Part shown: piece by piece, positions 13,299 to 28,826 of the stretch | Layout: each line of letters opens with the position of its first letter | Position numbering within the stretch: position 1 is the stretch's first letter | Source: the human T2T-CHM13v2.0 reference genome, Homo sapiens | Strand: one strand, 5' to 3' | Assembly: GCF_009914755.1 (NCBI RefSeq) | Contig: NC_060933.1 | Length of the DNA stretch: 64,000 bases | Program-made: the position numbers and the translations under genes | The notes under the pieces: model-generated | Told to the model about the DNA's origin: nothing | Databases searched by the model: none | What the model saw: only the letters and a program-made list of their open reading frames with translations

Positions 13299-13916
13299 TG
13301 ACTCATTTTTTCACCCTAGCCAAGTCCTTTGAAGCAATTAATTATTATTAAGTGGGGTAGCAAAATGCTCACCTGAACAGGAGGAATGATTTGGGAAGCT
13401 CTGCTACTGAATTGCTTCCACGAAGACAGCCACTCTTAACACAGACTGTAAGTAAATGAGTAATTAGAACCAGCCCTGGAATGAGTCATTCCTTATTTAA
13501 TGAATTCAACTTTAAAACCAGAACATGATTCCCAGAAGGGAGCGAGCTTCCTGTGGGAAGTCTGTTTCCCCTGCAGCCTGGCTCTACTAAGAATTCTGTT
13601 TGCTGCAACACACTCGGTCCCCAGCCTTCTCACCACTCCTTCTAGGGTGATGGAAGTCTCTGAGGAGTCAGCAGGTCCTGGCATGCTGTGCTGGAAAACC
13701 AAAGCCTTGCACCCTGTCCCGTATACACACGAGCTCTTCTCATTGAACCACAGAGGTCACCCATACTTAAATAAAATATGTTGTCTCTTTTGATCATTCA
13801 TTTGCTATAATTGAAAAATAGATGTAGTTTCTTAGTTACCCATTCTGTTTCAGCAAGAAGGAGTTGAGTCATTTTAGCTGTGTTCAATGCCATCTAAGAT
13901 AGCTGGGCCAGGAATG
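13299..13916. promoter_or_regulatory. Candidate intronic AP-1/TEAD enhancer
   Basis: TGA(C/G)TCA at 13299, 13482 and 13865; GGAATG/CATTCC at 13383, 13478, 13487 and 13911; motif evidence only. Confidence 0.4.
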
Positions 13917-14037
13917 TGAGTATAAGGATGTAATCCCAGCTTTCCAGAATACTTACCCAACCATGTAACATTGGGCAAATTTTCTCATCTCTCTAGGCTT
14001 TCTCATTTGTAGAAGAATCCTGAGGGTATGTGCTAGA

Positions 14038-14255
14038 TCAGAGGCCAGCAAACATTTTCTACGAAGGCTTAGATTGTAAGTTTTAAGCTTTGCTGGCAAA
14101 ATTTTAAAACTTAAAAGTTGAAGGTGGTTCAAAAGAGGCAAAATGGAGGATATTATATAGGTACTTTTATCATCGTCTAAAACGTAACTGTTCACTTGAA
14201 GGCCAGAAATAAGTGGTGCTGGGCCCGCCACAGGCTATATATTGCTAACCCTTGT
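14038..14255 (-). mobile_element. MER58-like hAT-Charlie fragment
   Basis: cagaggccagcaaacattttct...ttgctaacccttg terminal inverted motifs. Confidence 0.55.
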
Positions 14256-15070
14256 GCAAGACCTTCCTCAACATTCCCTTTAACTCTCAAAAGCTATGAA
14301 AAATATTCCTGTCCCCAAGTTCCCATTCTCATAGTAAAAAGACCTCAAGCCACAGTCTTGGATTTTTTTTTTTTTTTTACCTTGACATTCAGCAAAAGAA
14401 TCAGAGTTAAGAGCTAGAAAGCATTTGAGTGGTGCTCAAATCCAATCTTCTTGTTTTGTGGATGAGGAAAATGAAGCTCTGAAAGGTGGATAGTCTTGTC
14501 TGTGGTCACCTGGCTGCTTGGCAGAGGAGCCAACACCAGGTTTCATCTGAGACATTAATGCAGAAAGACAGCAGCCACCTGAACCACTGCTATGCTTCCA
14601 CTGCGGAATGCTGTATTTCATAAAATGAACTATTTGTGGAGAATTAGCCAACTACAAAATTGAAATGATGCACACTATTGGTGTCTTAAGATGTAAAATA
14701 CAAAATGTTTGCAAGATAAGGTGCACTGAGTTTGCATCAGGAACAAGGCATTGAGCTTCCTTACAACACAGTAAACACTCAAAATTTCAAAGTCCCCTTT
14801 CAAGTGATAAAAACTTCTCGTGAGTACTTAAGTTGTCAGTAAATACAAAAACAAAAAAAAGAAAAAGAAAAAACCCAGAGTTCTAAAGACGAGAATAGCT
14901 CCAAAGAAAAACATGAAAGAAAAGGTAAAAAGCTTTTGAAAAGACTGCAAAATAGGAATCTGCAGAGCATGCTCAGGCCTTTATGTTCTCAAGCTGTTCT
15001 TGGCATCTCCTACCCTAGAGGAGTTGCTGACCCAAACTGTGATGCTGTCTTCAAGAATCCAATAGGTGTT

Positions 15071-15411
<341 letters not shown>

Positions 15412-16133
15412 TTATTTTGCTAATCCAATACTGCAATTATAAACAAAAACAGGAGCTGCCTTCTGTTCTGTGGAGGCATCCTAGCTCCTGCAGAAGCAAC
15501 TCCAGCTACTATGTGCTTATCAGCAGCTGGAGACTATAGATGCCATTAGATAAGAATGTTCAGGATAGTCCAAGCGTGTGCAATGCGAAAATGATGCTTA
15601 AAACAGCACTTTTTATGAGTTCCTTCTAATTTAGGACATTTAACCCATTTGTCTGTATTTGTGTTAAATATGTTCCCAATTCATTGTTTGATCTCCAGTT
15701 CAACTTCTGATGTGTTTTCATGCACCAGTGTTTTCCACATTAAACAAACAAAGCAGGAATTTTAAGAATTTAGTATACTGGATAACTGCAACTGCATTAA
15801 AATGCATAGGGAAGAAATTGCTAATGCATTAACACTGATTTCCTCTACGAGGGGGCAAGCTAGGATGTTATTTTTTTTTTTTTTTTTTTTTGCTCATTTA
15901 TGCTTTTTTGTGATTTCTGAATTTTTTAGAAGTTGATGTACTAGCTTTATAATGAAAAATAAGGCAAACAGCAATCACAAAACCCTGTGGTAGGGACAAG
16001 TCTAATTAGAACTGGGGTTGGTCATCACCAGGTAGCAGGAACCATAAGGGGAAAGGTGATTCCACAGGATTCGTAAACAGCTTCTGCTGTTTCATGGGAC
16101 GTAACACAAAAGAAATTTCAAAAACACCACTGC

Positions 16134-16443
<310 letters not shown>

Positions 16444-18130
16444 TCACTGCTAATGCATATGTCCTGACACATCTGAGCCAAAGGGAAGAAATGGCTTAGC
16501 ATCTGGGGGAAAATGGTGGGAAGAAAGACACCGAAGCCATAAGAATAGGGTAAATTTGTCTGAACCATAACCATGGAACTACAGAAAGGGAGAAAAGAGG
16601 GAGGAGAATGTTCACGTCAGACAGGCAGGAAGGAAGACCAAACCTGGTAGAGGGTAAGATAAGGAACTCACCATGGTATAACCACAGCAGCCTTGGGCTG
16701 TCAGAGACTTCACCAGTGACAAATCGGAGCAACTGTGTAGTGCATGAAAGACATATGCATAGACAATGCAGCAGCCCCACCAGTCACCTGTTATGTGTTC
16801 GGGTGGAGGGTGGGTGGGACCAAGAGTATGGCATGCCTGATGGATGAGGACAATACTCTTTTTACATGCACGAAATGCCTTTGCGTGTTCACACACAGAC
16901 TTTCTAGAATTTCAGTGAAACCACCTTAAGCCATCTATGGTTAGGGCAAGACACTGTAAGCAACCCTTTAAACACCCCTGCCTCTGCCTTCCACACACAC
17001 TTGCCATCACATGCACAACACATACATGCATTCACATATACACTCGGCACAAACACGCGCAAACACATACACAAACATTTACAGGGATGGTGCTACAGGG
17101 TGGCTTGTGAGAGTTAGTTTTACCATTCTCTTAGTTTCCAGCTATTCTTCAATAAAGATACTTTCTCGATCATATGCAAAAGCAGCTTCACATGACCCTT
17201 TAATCTAACACCCATTGCCACCCCCAAGACCCTCCTTTATAAAAATTCTGGTGTCTCCATTGTGCTTTCATTTTACCAGTAAGGGGAAAACACATATTTT
17301 CAACTCTTATTTATTATAGTTGTACCTACCAAGCATGGCTTTTCTACCATGTTTATGCCAGCCTGTACCACTGCTATGGCAGACACCAGTGATCTTCATT
17401 GTGTGTCTGTAATTGCCAGTTACCAAGTCTCACATGATTAATTTCACTCCCCTTCTCTACTACAATCCAGCATTCTTCCATAATGAGAACATATACTCTA
17501 CTGATAAAACACAGAAGCACGGTGCTATCTCCACTATGGGGAACCTGCTCCATTTTGCTTGTGAATTTATTCAGATTAATGACTCCTTAAAATGTCATTT
17601 TCACCTAGAACAATTCCCACTGTAATTTTTTTCTTCTGCAGAAATTCTCATAAGCTCTAAGTGGCACTCTTCAAATGGTTTGCCATTCTCATCTGAAGTT
17701 TTCCACAGCACTAGTTCTCTCAGATCCTGTAACCAAGCAACTTTTGGGTGGGCTTTGAAAACATTCCCGTTGCCCAGTGGTGCCTAGGAACTGATTTTGT
17801 TTTTTCTCCACCCTGACACAGCCAACTTGAGACCTAATCCTCCAGCTGTCATATGGCTGAATGGGGTCACACGTTTTCCCAGAACACCACTGCATTAATC
17901 TGGGCAATAACACTCTGCCCAGCTGTCTTTGAGAAACTTGAAAAGAATGGAAAAAGCTTGTCTGATAAATGGGTGGTCATGACCCCAGAGGGCCATGGCA
18001 GTGGCAGAGATGTCCCCACTAGTCACACCATTTAAGACAAGGTGACAGGACATTCCCATGACCTCACAGAAATAGAGATTCCATAAGTTAAGACTTTCTT
18101 CTCCCAATCTGATTTTTAAAAAATTTTTAA

Positions 18131-18436
<306 letters not shown>

Positions 18437-18991
18437 ATTAGACAACACTTTTAACAGGGCTCAAGCTGCTGATCTTGAACCGTTTACAAATCTAGTTCCA
18501 AAATATGTGATTTGAAACCCCCAGACAAGAATCTGAACCAGTATATCCAGATGGGGAACAGTGATAACAAAGGTAAGTGGTGATGCTGAGTCTCCACCAC
18601 TCTGTGTTTGAAGCTCTGAGAAGCAACAGTATTATGTAACTCTCTCAATGGCTCCAACAACTCAACGAAATCATGCTGGCCATGGACTCCCTGTGTGATG
18701 CTGACACACCACTGAAACATTCCTGGGTCTCTATAGTCTCATCTTTAACATAAAGAGGTTGAAGTGTTTTCAACTCAATGTCTCCGAGATAAGAGCAGGA
18801 CCCGGACAGTAGGAATCCACAGGCTGTGTCCCTACCATGTAACCAGCGACCCTGTCTCCACAAGTCTGCCTTTTACTATGCCTTGTATGCACTGCCTCCT
18901 CTCTAGTTGCATTCTCTCTGCCTGCTTCAGCCCTTGCATATCTATTCCCTGGGCTCCTCCAGTGGTTCCTGTGTAGTCTGTGCCTCCAACC

Positions 18992-19201
18992 CAGTGGTTT
19001 CTAACCAGAGAACTATTTTGCTCCCCAGGGGAAATTCAGCAGTATCTGGAGACATTTTTGGTTGTCAAGACCAGTGGGGTCCTTCTGGCATCTACTGGAT
19101 AGAAGCCATGGAAGCTACTAAACATCCTACAATGCACAGGAATCCCACAAAAAGAACTGTCTAGCTCAAGAGGTCAGTGGCTCTGAGGTTGAAAAACTCT
19201 G
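18992..19201 (+). mobile_element. MER20 (hAT-Charlie) inserted in an L2
   Basis: tctggagacatttttggttgtca...ctggcatctactggatagaagcca...aaacatcctacaatgcacagg. Confidence 0.88.
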
Positions 19202-21944
19202 CTCCAGCCATATCTGCCTCTAATCCATTCTCTACACATCACCAGAGTGATACAAAATACAACTCCCATGCCATTGATATCATTCCCATACCTGAAATCC
19301 CTCAATGCCTCCTAGCTGCTCTCAGGTTAAAGTCTAAATTCTCCTGCAAATCACACGAGGCCCATAATCTGGCCCTCTCCTACCTTTCTACCTCACCTTC
19401 ACCATCCCCCAGAACCCTCTTCCCTGAAACCACACTCACACCTCATGCAGGTGAAACAGACCACTCCGTTACCAACTCTTCCTGTCCATCTCTCCCATTT
19501 ATTCCTTAGCCCACTGATTTTATGTCAGACACTCCAATGGGACTAAAAAGGAACAAATGCCCTCAAGGCAGCTCAAGGCACTGATATCCAGTAGGGCACA
19601 CAGAAAAGTGGGCACACAATTCAATCAGCAGAGGCAGAACTTTGTCATCGCCTCTGTGATCCCACTGCCATCTCCCCAGTGGACTGTGAGCCTCCAGAAG
19701 AGAGAGCATCTTCATGTCTTCATCTTTATAGTCCACAGGAACTTGGACATGGTAAGTGTGGTCTACAGGGTGTACAACTTGTATTTGTCACAATTGTTGC
19801 ATTAAGGAATGAATGAATTCCCAGCCTCTTTAAGTTTGGCTCTAGCACAGAAATAAAAAGAAATGAAACATTAAAATATAGAGATGAAACAAAATTCTTC
19901 ATAGTGCATGCACTCAAAAGCCCAGAAACAAGGCCCATTCACAAAGATGAAAACATCTTCTTTGTTTAGAGCTCTAATCTGTCTCTCTTCTCTTTATAAA
20001 TCTGAGAAGTGTAAATCTATATAATAGGTATCTATCTAATGAAATGCCTGAATCCCATTGCTTGACATTCAAAGACAAGGGCCATGGAGCAGAATTTGAC
20101 TAGTAACAGAGGTACAATGGTATCCAGAACACAGAGCTATGTCTCCAGTGGATATCATACGGTACCTAAGATAATTTTGCTCTTACTCTAAATTGAGAGA
20201 ATCACTGTATTTATTGAAAAATTAACAATATTGTTGTTTCTACTTCTCTTGCTTTTTAATTGAGTCTATATCCTGAAAGTTGTCATGACTTGTCTGAACT
20301 TTAAAACCCACAAAGATGTTCTAGCAGGGGACAAATCTCCTGGAGAAAATAATTTTATTAGATATCGATAGAGCTATTGTGGACTTCCGAAGAGAGAGAT
20401 CTATCAGTTTGGCTTTACAGCTGGTAAAATAATTGAAGATGGTTCTTTAAAACAACTGGGAAAATTGAAAAGGTAGCTTATGCATTCCTATCCTGTCATG
20501 AAATTCTTTAAATTATTTTGCAGTTAATTACAATGGTTTGTCTATTGTCCATACAGTTGCTATGTCAAAAACACACCTAATATTTAGCAGTGGAACCTCA
20601 TTATAGAAAATGGAGCAAAACAGATGTCCCTAACTGAATGGGATGAAGAGTATGGAAGAAAGTTTGACCAGGTTCCCTTTCACATCTTGGGGGATCATAA
20701 GGCAGCAGGCCTAGGGTTCCGTATTCCCCATAATAATCATTCAACCCATCTGGGCCTCCAAATTGCATTCCCATCTAAGCTTCCATCTTTGCAGACAAGG
20801 TACAGTCACAATTCCAGTTGTGAGATGTCCCTTCTCTTTTCTTCTCTATTAGCCACACCCTCCTTCATTTAAACTTGGGATAATCATGACCTTCAGAAAA
20901 AATGATTTTCACTCAAAGCAATATTCCAAGCATATAGGAAGAAACTCAGAAAACCCTTAGTGACCAGAAATTAAAACTGCTTTTCTTTCATTTGCAAAAC
21001 ACACAAAAACAGATAATCTCCTGAAAAACACAGACAAGCAACATGGACCCAGAGGCCCTTAGGCTAAGGAAATTCATTTGGCATGGAACTTACAGAGTTC
21101 ATTGTTAAGATAGATAACAAAAGCCATTTATAACAAGAGTGTTCTCATTATCATCATCTCTTGTAGCCCAGTTGAAGACAAGTAGTGTCTTCTAAGATCC
21201 CATCTTTCATACTTTGCACACTTTTCCTCCACCCATGGAATTTTGGGCATCCAGTTGCCTAGTTCTCCTTCTAACCATCAAAGCTGCCTTTCAGGAAAAG
21301 ATTTACTAGAATTTTTTATGTGTCACTGCAAATTGGTTGCTGCTACCTATCTCAAGGGTATCTGCATTCCAAGCCATATCCTTATTATAGACTAAGAAGT
21401 TTTCTCCTGTGAAATAAATTCTTGACTTGAAGCTGGAGGTGAAGGTGATCTTTTGGGGACAGAGTGATCTGCCCTCTTGAAACTGCCCAGTATCCAGATT
21501 TTCAACGATGAAACCAGAATCACAAAGTTAAGAAAAAGCATGTTTGTATTCAAAGGTTCCAATAAGTTTATTTTGTGTGCATTTGTTTTCAATTTAATTA
21601 ATTTCATCAACTTAATTTAAACAAATCTTTGAAATTAATAAAATGTGAGATGTCTGCAGGTGTTTGCAGCAAGCATTGTGGTGAGATTCTTCCCTGAAGT
21701 AAGGAGAGTCCTTAAAAACAAAGATGCCTAGAAACACACATATTATTATTATCTTTAAAAATATAACAAATGTGGGGGTTGCAGTGGACACTTCACTTTT
21801 TTTTAGCTTGTATCAAAACTGTTGGACAATGTAAATGAAGGATCAAGAACAAGAAGCCTGGGGGAATAAATGGGATGACGAGTGTAGAGATACTTGTGGA
21901 GAACTCTTTATTGCCACCAATTTAATTGTGATTACAGTGGCAGA

Positions 21945-22150
21945 CATCAACATCCAATAGAAGTTTCAGTGATAGAGGAAATTATCTCAGTCTCAGTGTC
22001 CAATATGGCAGCCACCAGCCACATGTGGCTATTGAGCACTGAGAATCTGGCTATTGTGACTGAGGAAATGGATTTTTAATTACAATGAATTTAAACTTAG
22101 TTTAATACAGCCACACATGGCTAATGGTTAGTGTACTGGACTGGTGTAGG
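21945..22150 (+). mobile_element. MER3 (hAT-Charlie)
   Basis: tccaatatggcagccaccagccacatgtggctattgagcact...gtgactgaggaa. Confidence 0.85.
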
Positions 22151-22321
22151 TCTAACACCATTAGTCTTTTCATATATAATTTTAGAAATACTTTATACCA
22201 GTGAAGTCTCTCCAAGAGAAACTAATAGAGCTCCCAGTATAATACAGCCTTCCAGCTGCAAAAAGCTTATTTACTAAAAACATAGTTTATGGCCCACTCC
22301 ACCCCATACACTAATCAATTA

Positions 22322-22609
<288 letters not shown>

Positions 22610-23962
22610 CTACCATTTTGTGTCTACAGGGAACTACCTCCAGACACAGTGAATTGAGCCAGTAGTAAAGATGACATAACATTCAAGATAAATGGCCCTT
22701 TCTGCTCTTAAGGTCCTGACCAAATGTCCCTATGTTCTACTGCAACTCAACGAAAGAAAATACAGTTCCCAATACATCACCAGCCCTGAGCATGCTAGGT
22801 GACAGCCTGGGCGTTTTTTAAAAAAAAAGAAAGAAGAAACAAAAAGACATGGGAGGTAGCTAGCACTGAACTAGATATGTAGAAAAGTGAATGAAGGGCA
22901 TGGCTCAGAGAAATTTAACAACCACCAACAAACAAAAACAAAAACCCCTGCCAGATAGATGATGCAGATGTTCTACAGCTATAAGCTATCTTTGTGTTGC
23001 TGGATGTCCAATGTTTAATATCAGTGTTTAATATTCTCAAAGTTACACCCTACTCACTAACTGGCCATGGCTCTGTTTTCTCCTCTGGAAAGGAGCATGC
23101 AGGTGTGTCTGGCTGAGACAAGGAACAGATGGCAAGGAAACTGTGCAGGTATCTCGTTAAGCCTATTGGTTGGGAGCTGGGGAGCCCGCTTGCCCTACCT
23201 GCTGCAGAGATACTAGCTGCTTGCCCTAGTCTGCCTGCAGGTGGATGTTTGCACACCCTTCCTCACTCCCCATGCTTCCTGTCAAAACCAAAACCAGTGC
23301 ATACTTTAAAAAGGAGTCAAATGTTTCCTTCCCCTGGAAGCCTTCCCAGATTGCTCCTCCCAATGCACACAGTCTCTCTCTCTCTCTCTCTCCCTTCCTC
23401 TCCCTCTCTTTGACTACTTTCTCTTCTTTCATAACTCACTGCATTTTCACCTCTGTCTCTGTCTAGTTATTGGTGTACTGATCATCCCCACCTAGATAAG
23501 CACCTTAAGGGCAGAGACTGAGCCAGCCATACTTGTGCATCTCACTTGGCATCTTGTGAAAATGTGTTCAGGTTTGAAACTAAAGTGCACCAAATGCAAT
23601 CCTGGCTTGACATATGTTGCCATTTCAGCCTGGTCAGAGTGTTCCCTAGACCGGCTGCAGGACTACCTTCTAGCCTGAGTGTTTCTGTTGGGCAGCAGGA
23701 GTGGGGAACAGCAAGATGCCTGCTACCATCTTGAATTAAAAGCTCCCATGGCTGGCATGGGCTAGAAAGGAAATTTATGAGGACTTGCTTAGCCATGGAG
23801 TCCTTTTCTTCATTATTTCATTTTACAGCCATTTACTCTGCAGCTGATATATACAAATTGGACATTCTGCTTTGCTCCAGAGAACTGTAGTCCTCACCTT
23901 AAGTAACTCACTGTCTAGAACCATAATTTTTAAGCTTTCTGGTCTGAGACCTACATTAATAA

Positions 23963-24265
<303 letters not shown>

Positions 24266-24433
24266 CCAAGAAACACATTTTATATAATCTCCCTGTACCC
24301 AAACACACACAGGAAGAAGCACAACTGAAATTAATGTCTTATGGAACAATAGTTACATATCTATGTATAATCCACTATTTTAAAATTCTAGTTCATTTTA
24401 AGTCCCAGTCTTGATCACTACTTTATTTCATAA

Positions 24434-24750
<317 letters not shown>

Positions 24751-25839
24751 ACATGACTCCTTTATGTGCTGTAGCCACAGCTGGAACACCGTGCCTCTCA
24801 TGAAGGTGACTGATGGCCAGGGTCCCATGGGAGCACAAAGGAGGGGCACCTAATCCGGTGTGAGTGAGGAGAGAGCCAGGAGTGATCTCCCAAGGGAGGC
24901 AAGGCCTGCAGCTGTTCTGGTGAGCACAGTGCTTTCTACAGGGAAAGAACCGTAGATAGAGAAATCTTTACAAAAGGAAGGAGGGGAGGGAGGGAGGAAG
25001 GGAGGGATAAAAATTCGCCATGAGCAGTTTCTTCTTTTATTGTGAAGGGTTCTCAGTTTTTGAGCTCTCCTGGGATTTCTTCTGGTCATGGCCACTCATG
25101 ACTATGATTCTAACTCTGCAAGGACAACATACTGTCATTCCTGTGTGGTCTGTGTAGCTTTCTGACCTCTGAAAAGCCCATCCATCCATTCTTGCACGTG
25201 CAGTTCTGAATTGCTCTACTCCACCTCTGACCATCCATGCCAGCTGGACTGGCTGCTGTTCCTATCCCCAGGAATCACTGCTTATGCTACAACGATGGGC
25301 CCTCGGTGAGCCTTTATGAGCTTATTTTGCTCCCCATCAGACCTCCTTCCAACATTCTGTAGCTGGAGATACCAAGCATCCTGCTGCCCCCAACCCACAA
25401 CATTGCAATGTCCAGACAATTGCCTAGCTCTAAGACAGGCTGGGCTCACCAGGCTGATATCCCAGGTATGAGCCTGCCTTGGCATTAGATGGCCAGGAGG
25501 ATGCCAGCTCGGCCCCTACATTCATAGGCTCCTGTTTCTCTGGTGTAGCAGAGGCCCATGGCCAGGGACAGGGGCATATAGGACGTGCCTTGTATTAGAC
25601 CAGGTGACTCCTGCAGTGGATTACAACCCTGAGACTCTCCAATAATATGACTCAGAGAAGAACATTTCTTCCCTGATAAGTGTAAGACTCAGATAAACCC
25701 AAAGGTGGATACAACTAGGGATTTCCCTGAAGCACAAAGAATCCAGGGCTCCCAGCCCAATGTGAGGCACTTTGACAGCCTGGGGGAAAGAGTCAGCAAC
25801 ATTAAAAAACAACAGGCCAAGTCTCCCACCTTTCGCTAT

Positions 25840-26191
25840 TGTGATGGCCTCAATGTCTGTGTTTCCTTAAAATTCATTTGTTGAAACCTAAACTCCAATG
25901 TAATGGTATTAAGAGGTGGGGCCTTCAGGAGGTGATTAGGTCATGATCACATGAATAGAATTAGTATCCTTATAAAAGAGGTCTGAGAGAGCTTGTTTCC
26001 CCCTTCTGCCATGTGAGGACACAGCAAGAAGGCACCATCTATGAGGAAGCAGGTGTTTGCCAGATGCTCAATCTGCTGGTGTCTTGATCTTGGACTTCCC
26101 AGCTTCTAAAACTGTGAGAAATAAATTTCTGTTGTCTATAAGCCACCCTGGTCTATGGTATTTTGTTATAGCAACCCAACTGGACTAATAA
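25840..26191 (+). mobile_element. MLT1A/B-type MaLR solo LTR
   Basis: gtattaagaggtggggccttcaggaggtgattaggtcatga...gtgagaaataaatttctgttg...ggtattttgttatagca. Confidence 0.85.
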
Positions 26192-28659
26192 ATCTACCAA
26201 CTCCTTTAAACTAAAGATTACACCTTCTTACCTAATTCTCTCTTTAAACTTTTTAAAGGTGCCAACTGATCCTGGCTTCATTTAAAGCAAGAGCCCGCCA
26301 GCCCAATTGAACTAATGACAAATATAATATGCAAATTTGAATGGCTATCTTCTTTTCATTTGCAAAGTTGTTTGTATAAACTTTACCTCATCTTTTTCTC
26401 TTAGTGCGTGTTGCCTATAAGACAGGCAAGGTAAATGTCATATTTGCAGATGAGAAAACTGAGACTCAGGGAGCTTATGTAATGTGACTAAAGACGCTTA
26501 TATGGGCAAACTTAGGACTCAAAGCTCAAAGCCAGATAATCTGATTCCTGGTCCAAGGCTTTTGCTATGCTGCACACTGCCTTTCTGCATGATTTGGCCT
26601 GCAATGTCCCAAAGGAGACTCTGCTTGCTACCCCTACTGTCCTCCTGTTTCTGGCTACATGAGGTCCCACTGTGTCAGGCACTTTCTGAAGTATGTGCAG
26701 ATGTCCCAGTCAGCTTCCACTCTGCCTTTCCACCTGAACTCCTGAGGTAACTGTGTTTATGCCTGAGGTCCCTCCAGGCCAGGCTAGGATACGTGCCATG
26801 TTTCTCCACTCTCAGAATCCATCTATCAGATGACTCTGCAAAAATATCTGGCCCGCTTTGCAGCCCCACTCATGCATGTACTCCCAGCATAGAATGGTCT
26901 CCAAATGAAGTTGTCATTAAGAACTCTATTGAAATAGAAAGGTTTCCTTTGGGAACTACAATTATATTCTAATACTGGGGCAAATGTGGTTTGAATATAT
27001 TTATCCCATTTGTTTTTCTCATTGTGCATGTAAGATGGGCAAGAAAAATACCATATTTACAGGTGAGGAAACTGACATTATGTAACTCAACTAAAAGATG
27101 CTTATATAGGCAGACTCAGGACTCAAAAATGGTAGCATAAAATAGTGACTCCTGGAGTTCCTATATCCCTCCTTGAAATTAAAAGAAGTAGTGCCAGCCT
27201 CTAAAAACTCCACCTGGAGGGATTTTAATGTGAATGTATCTGTCATATTCCAGTTTTTCATTTTTGGATAAGAGATGGTAGTAATATTATCAACACCTCA
27301 TATTTGTATGGCACTTTAGAATTTTTAAAGCACTTTAATACTCATAACAAAGCCTAGAAGTTGGGCAAAGTGATGTTGTAAATCTCATGTTATAGATGAG
27401 TAAGCTGATGATCTGAGAAGTGATTTACCCAAGGCCATACAGTTGGCAAACAACACAGCTAAGATTAGAACCCACTCGTGACCCCTACACAGGTGCTTGT
27501 GTTCGGTAAAAATGCTGCCTCAGAGTGTCTGCCGTGGTGGCTGCTATGCCCAGGTGGCTCACACAACCAGCCCTCGGCTCACCAAGCTACAGCCCTCTCA
27601 CTGGGCCTCTGGAACAGGCAGATGATTGTCACCCAGTGGCCAGTTCAGGAGGGTTTGGCTTGGGTATCTTGTCATCAATGATGATCAGCATGAAAACATC
27701 AGAGTTAGCTTCTGCTCCTCTTTTTGAAGAAGAAAAATTCCAAGAAAGTGTTCTCAGTCTGCTTCTGTTTCTCTACATAAACACACACACCTCAGCAGAT
27801 GTAGGAGTCTGTGAACTTGGCATTATTTGAAGAGTAGAATATCAGAATGTGAAGAAAATTCACTAATTAAAGTATTATCACCACCATTGTAGACTATCAC
27901 CTCTGAACGCCCACCACAAGAGGAGAGCTTATTACTACATTCTCACTTTTGACAGCAGCTTCAAAGAAGCTGAAATACTTTGAAAACCAAACAAGTGTCC
28001 AAGAGGAACAATTTTCTACCACACAACCAGCTACTGGGATGGAAGGAGGAGTTGCCTGAATGAAGGTTTCACACATCACTATGGCTTTGACCACAATGCT
28101 GTCTCTGGGGAGATTGAGGTCCCCGGGGCAGCACCTTGGACAGATCTCACATCAAAGAAAATGACAGGTGCTGCTGTCATCCCATACTCCTAGCTCATGC
28201 ATTCATTCAACAGCTATATATTGACCTCTACTATGTGGCAAGCACTGTGTTAGGTGCTGGGGGACATGGAGATGACCAAGATAGACACGGTCCTTTCCTC
28301 CAAGAGGTTGCTTTGTAGCATTACATTAATCAAATTCTTTCTGGTGTTGTCAGAGATTTGAGAGATGCTGCAAAGAACCATGGAGGCATCCTAAGGATGT
28401 GAACTCAACAGTCTTTCATATGCCCAGGGGGAGGTGGAACAGAAAGAGCATTCAAAGCAGGTCTCAAGGGCCCCCAGGTCCTTGTTTGCAGTAATATCTT
28501 GGGAGATTTTAGAAGATTCCAGAAAAGGGAAACTATGATTTGGTGGATGCCTCAGCATGTATCCACTTTCCTCGCACTCTGGGGTTCAGTCTACTCCAAG
28601 AAAAGTGCTTCACTCCAGCAAGCCTGCTCCCTTCACCCTTCCACCACCTGTTACCAAGA

Positions 28660-28826
28660 GCCTGGCTACTCAAAGTATGGCCCATGGACCAGCCGCGTGA
28701 CCATCATCTGAGAAAATGTTAGAAACACAGACTCTCAAGCATCACTCCAGGCTTCTTGAATCAGAATCTGATTTTAACAGAATCCTGAGGTGATCCCTGT
28801 GCAAGTTACAATTTGAGAAACCCTGA
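28660..28826. mobile_element. MER5A
   Basis: ctcaaagtatgg...ggaccagc...gaatcagaatctg...ttgagaaaccctg. Confidence 0.8.
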
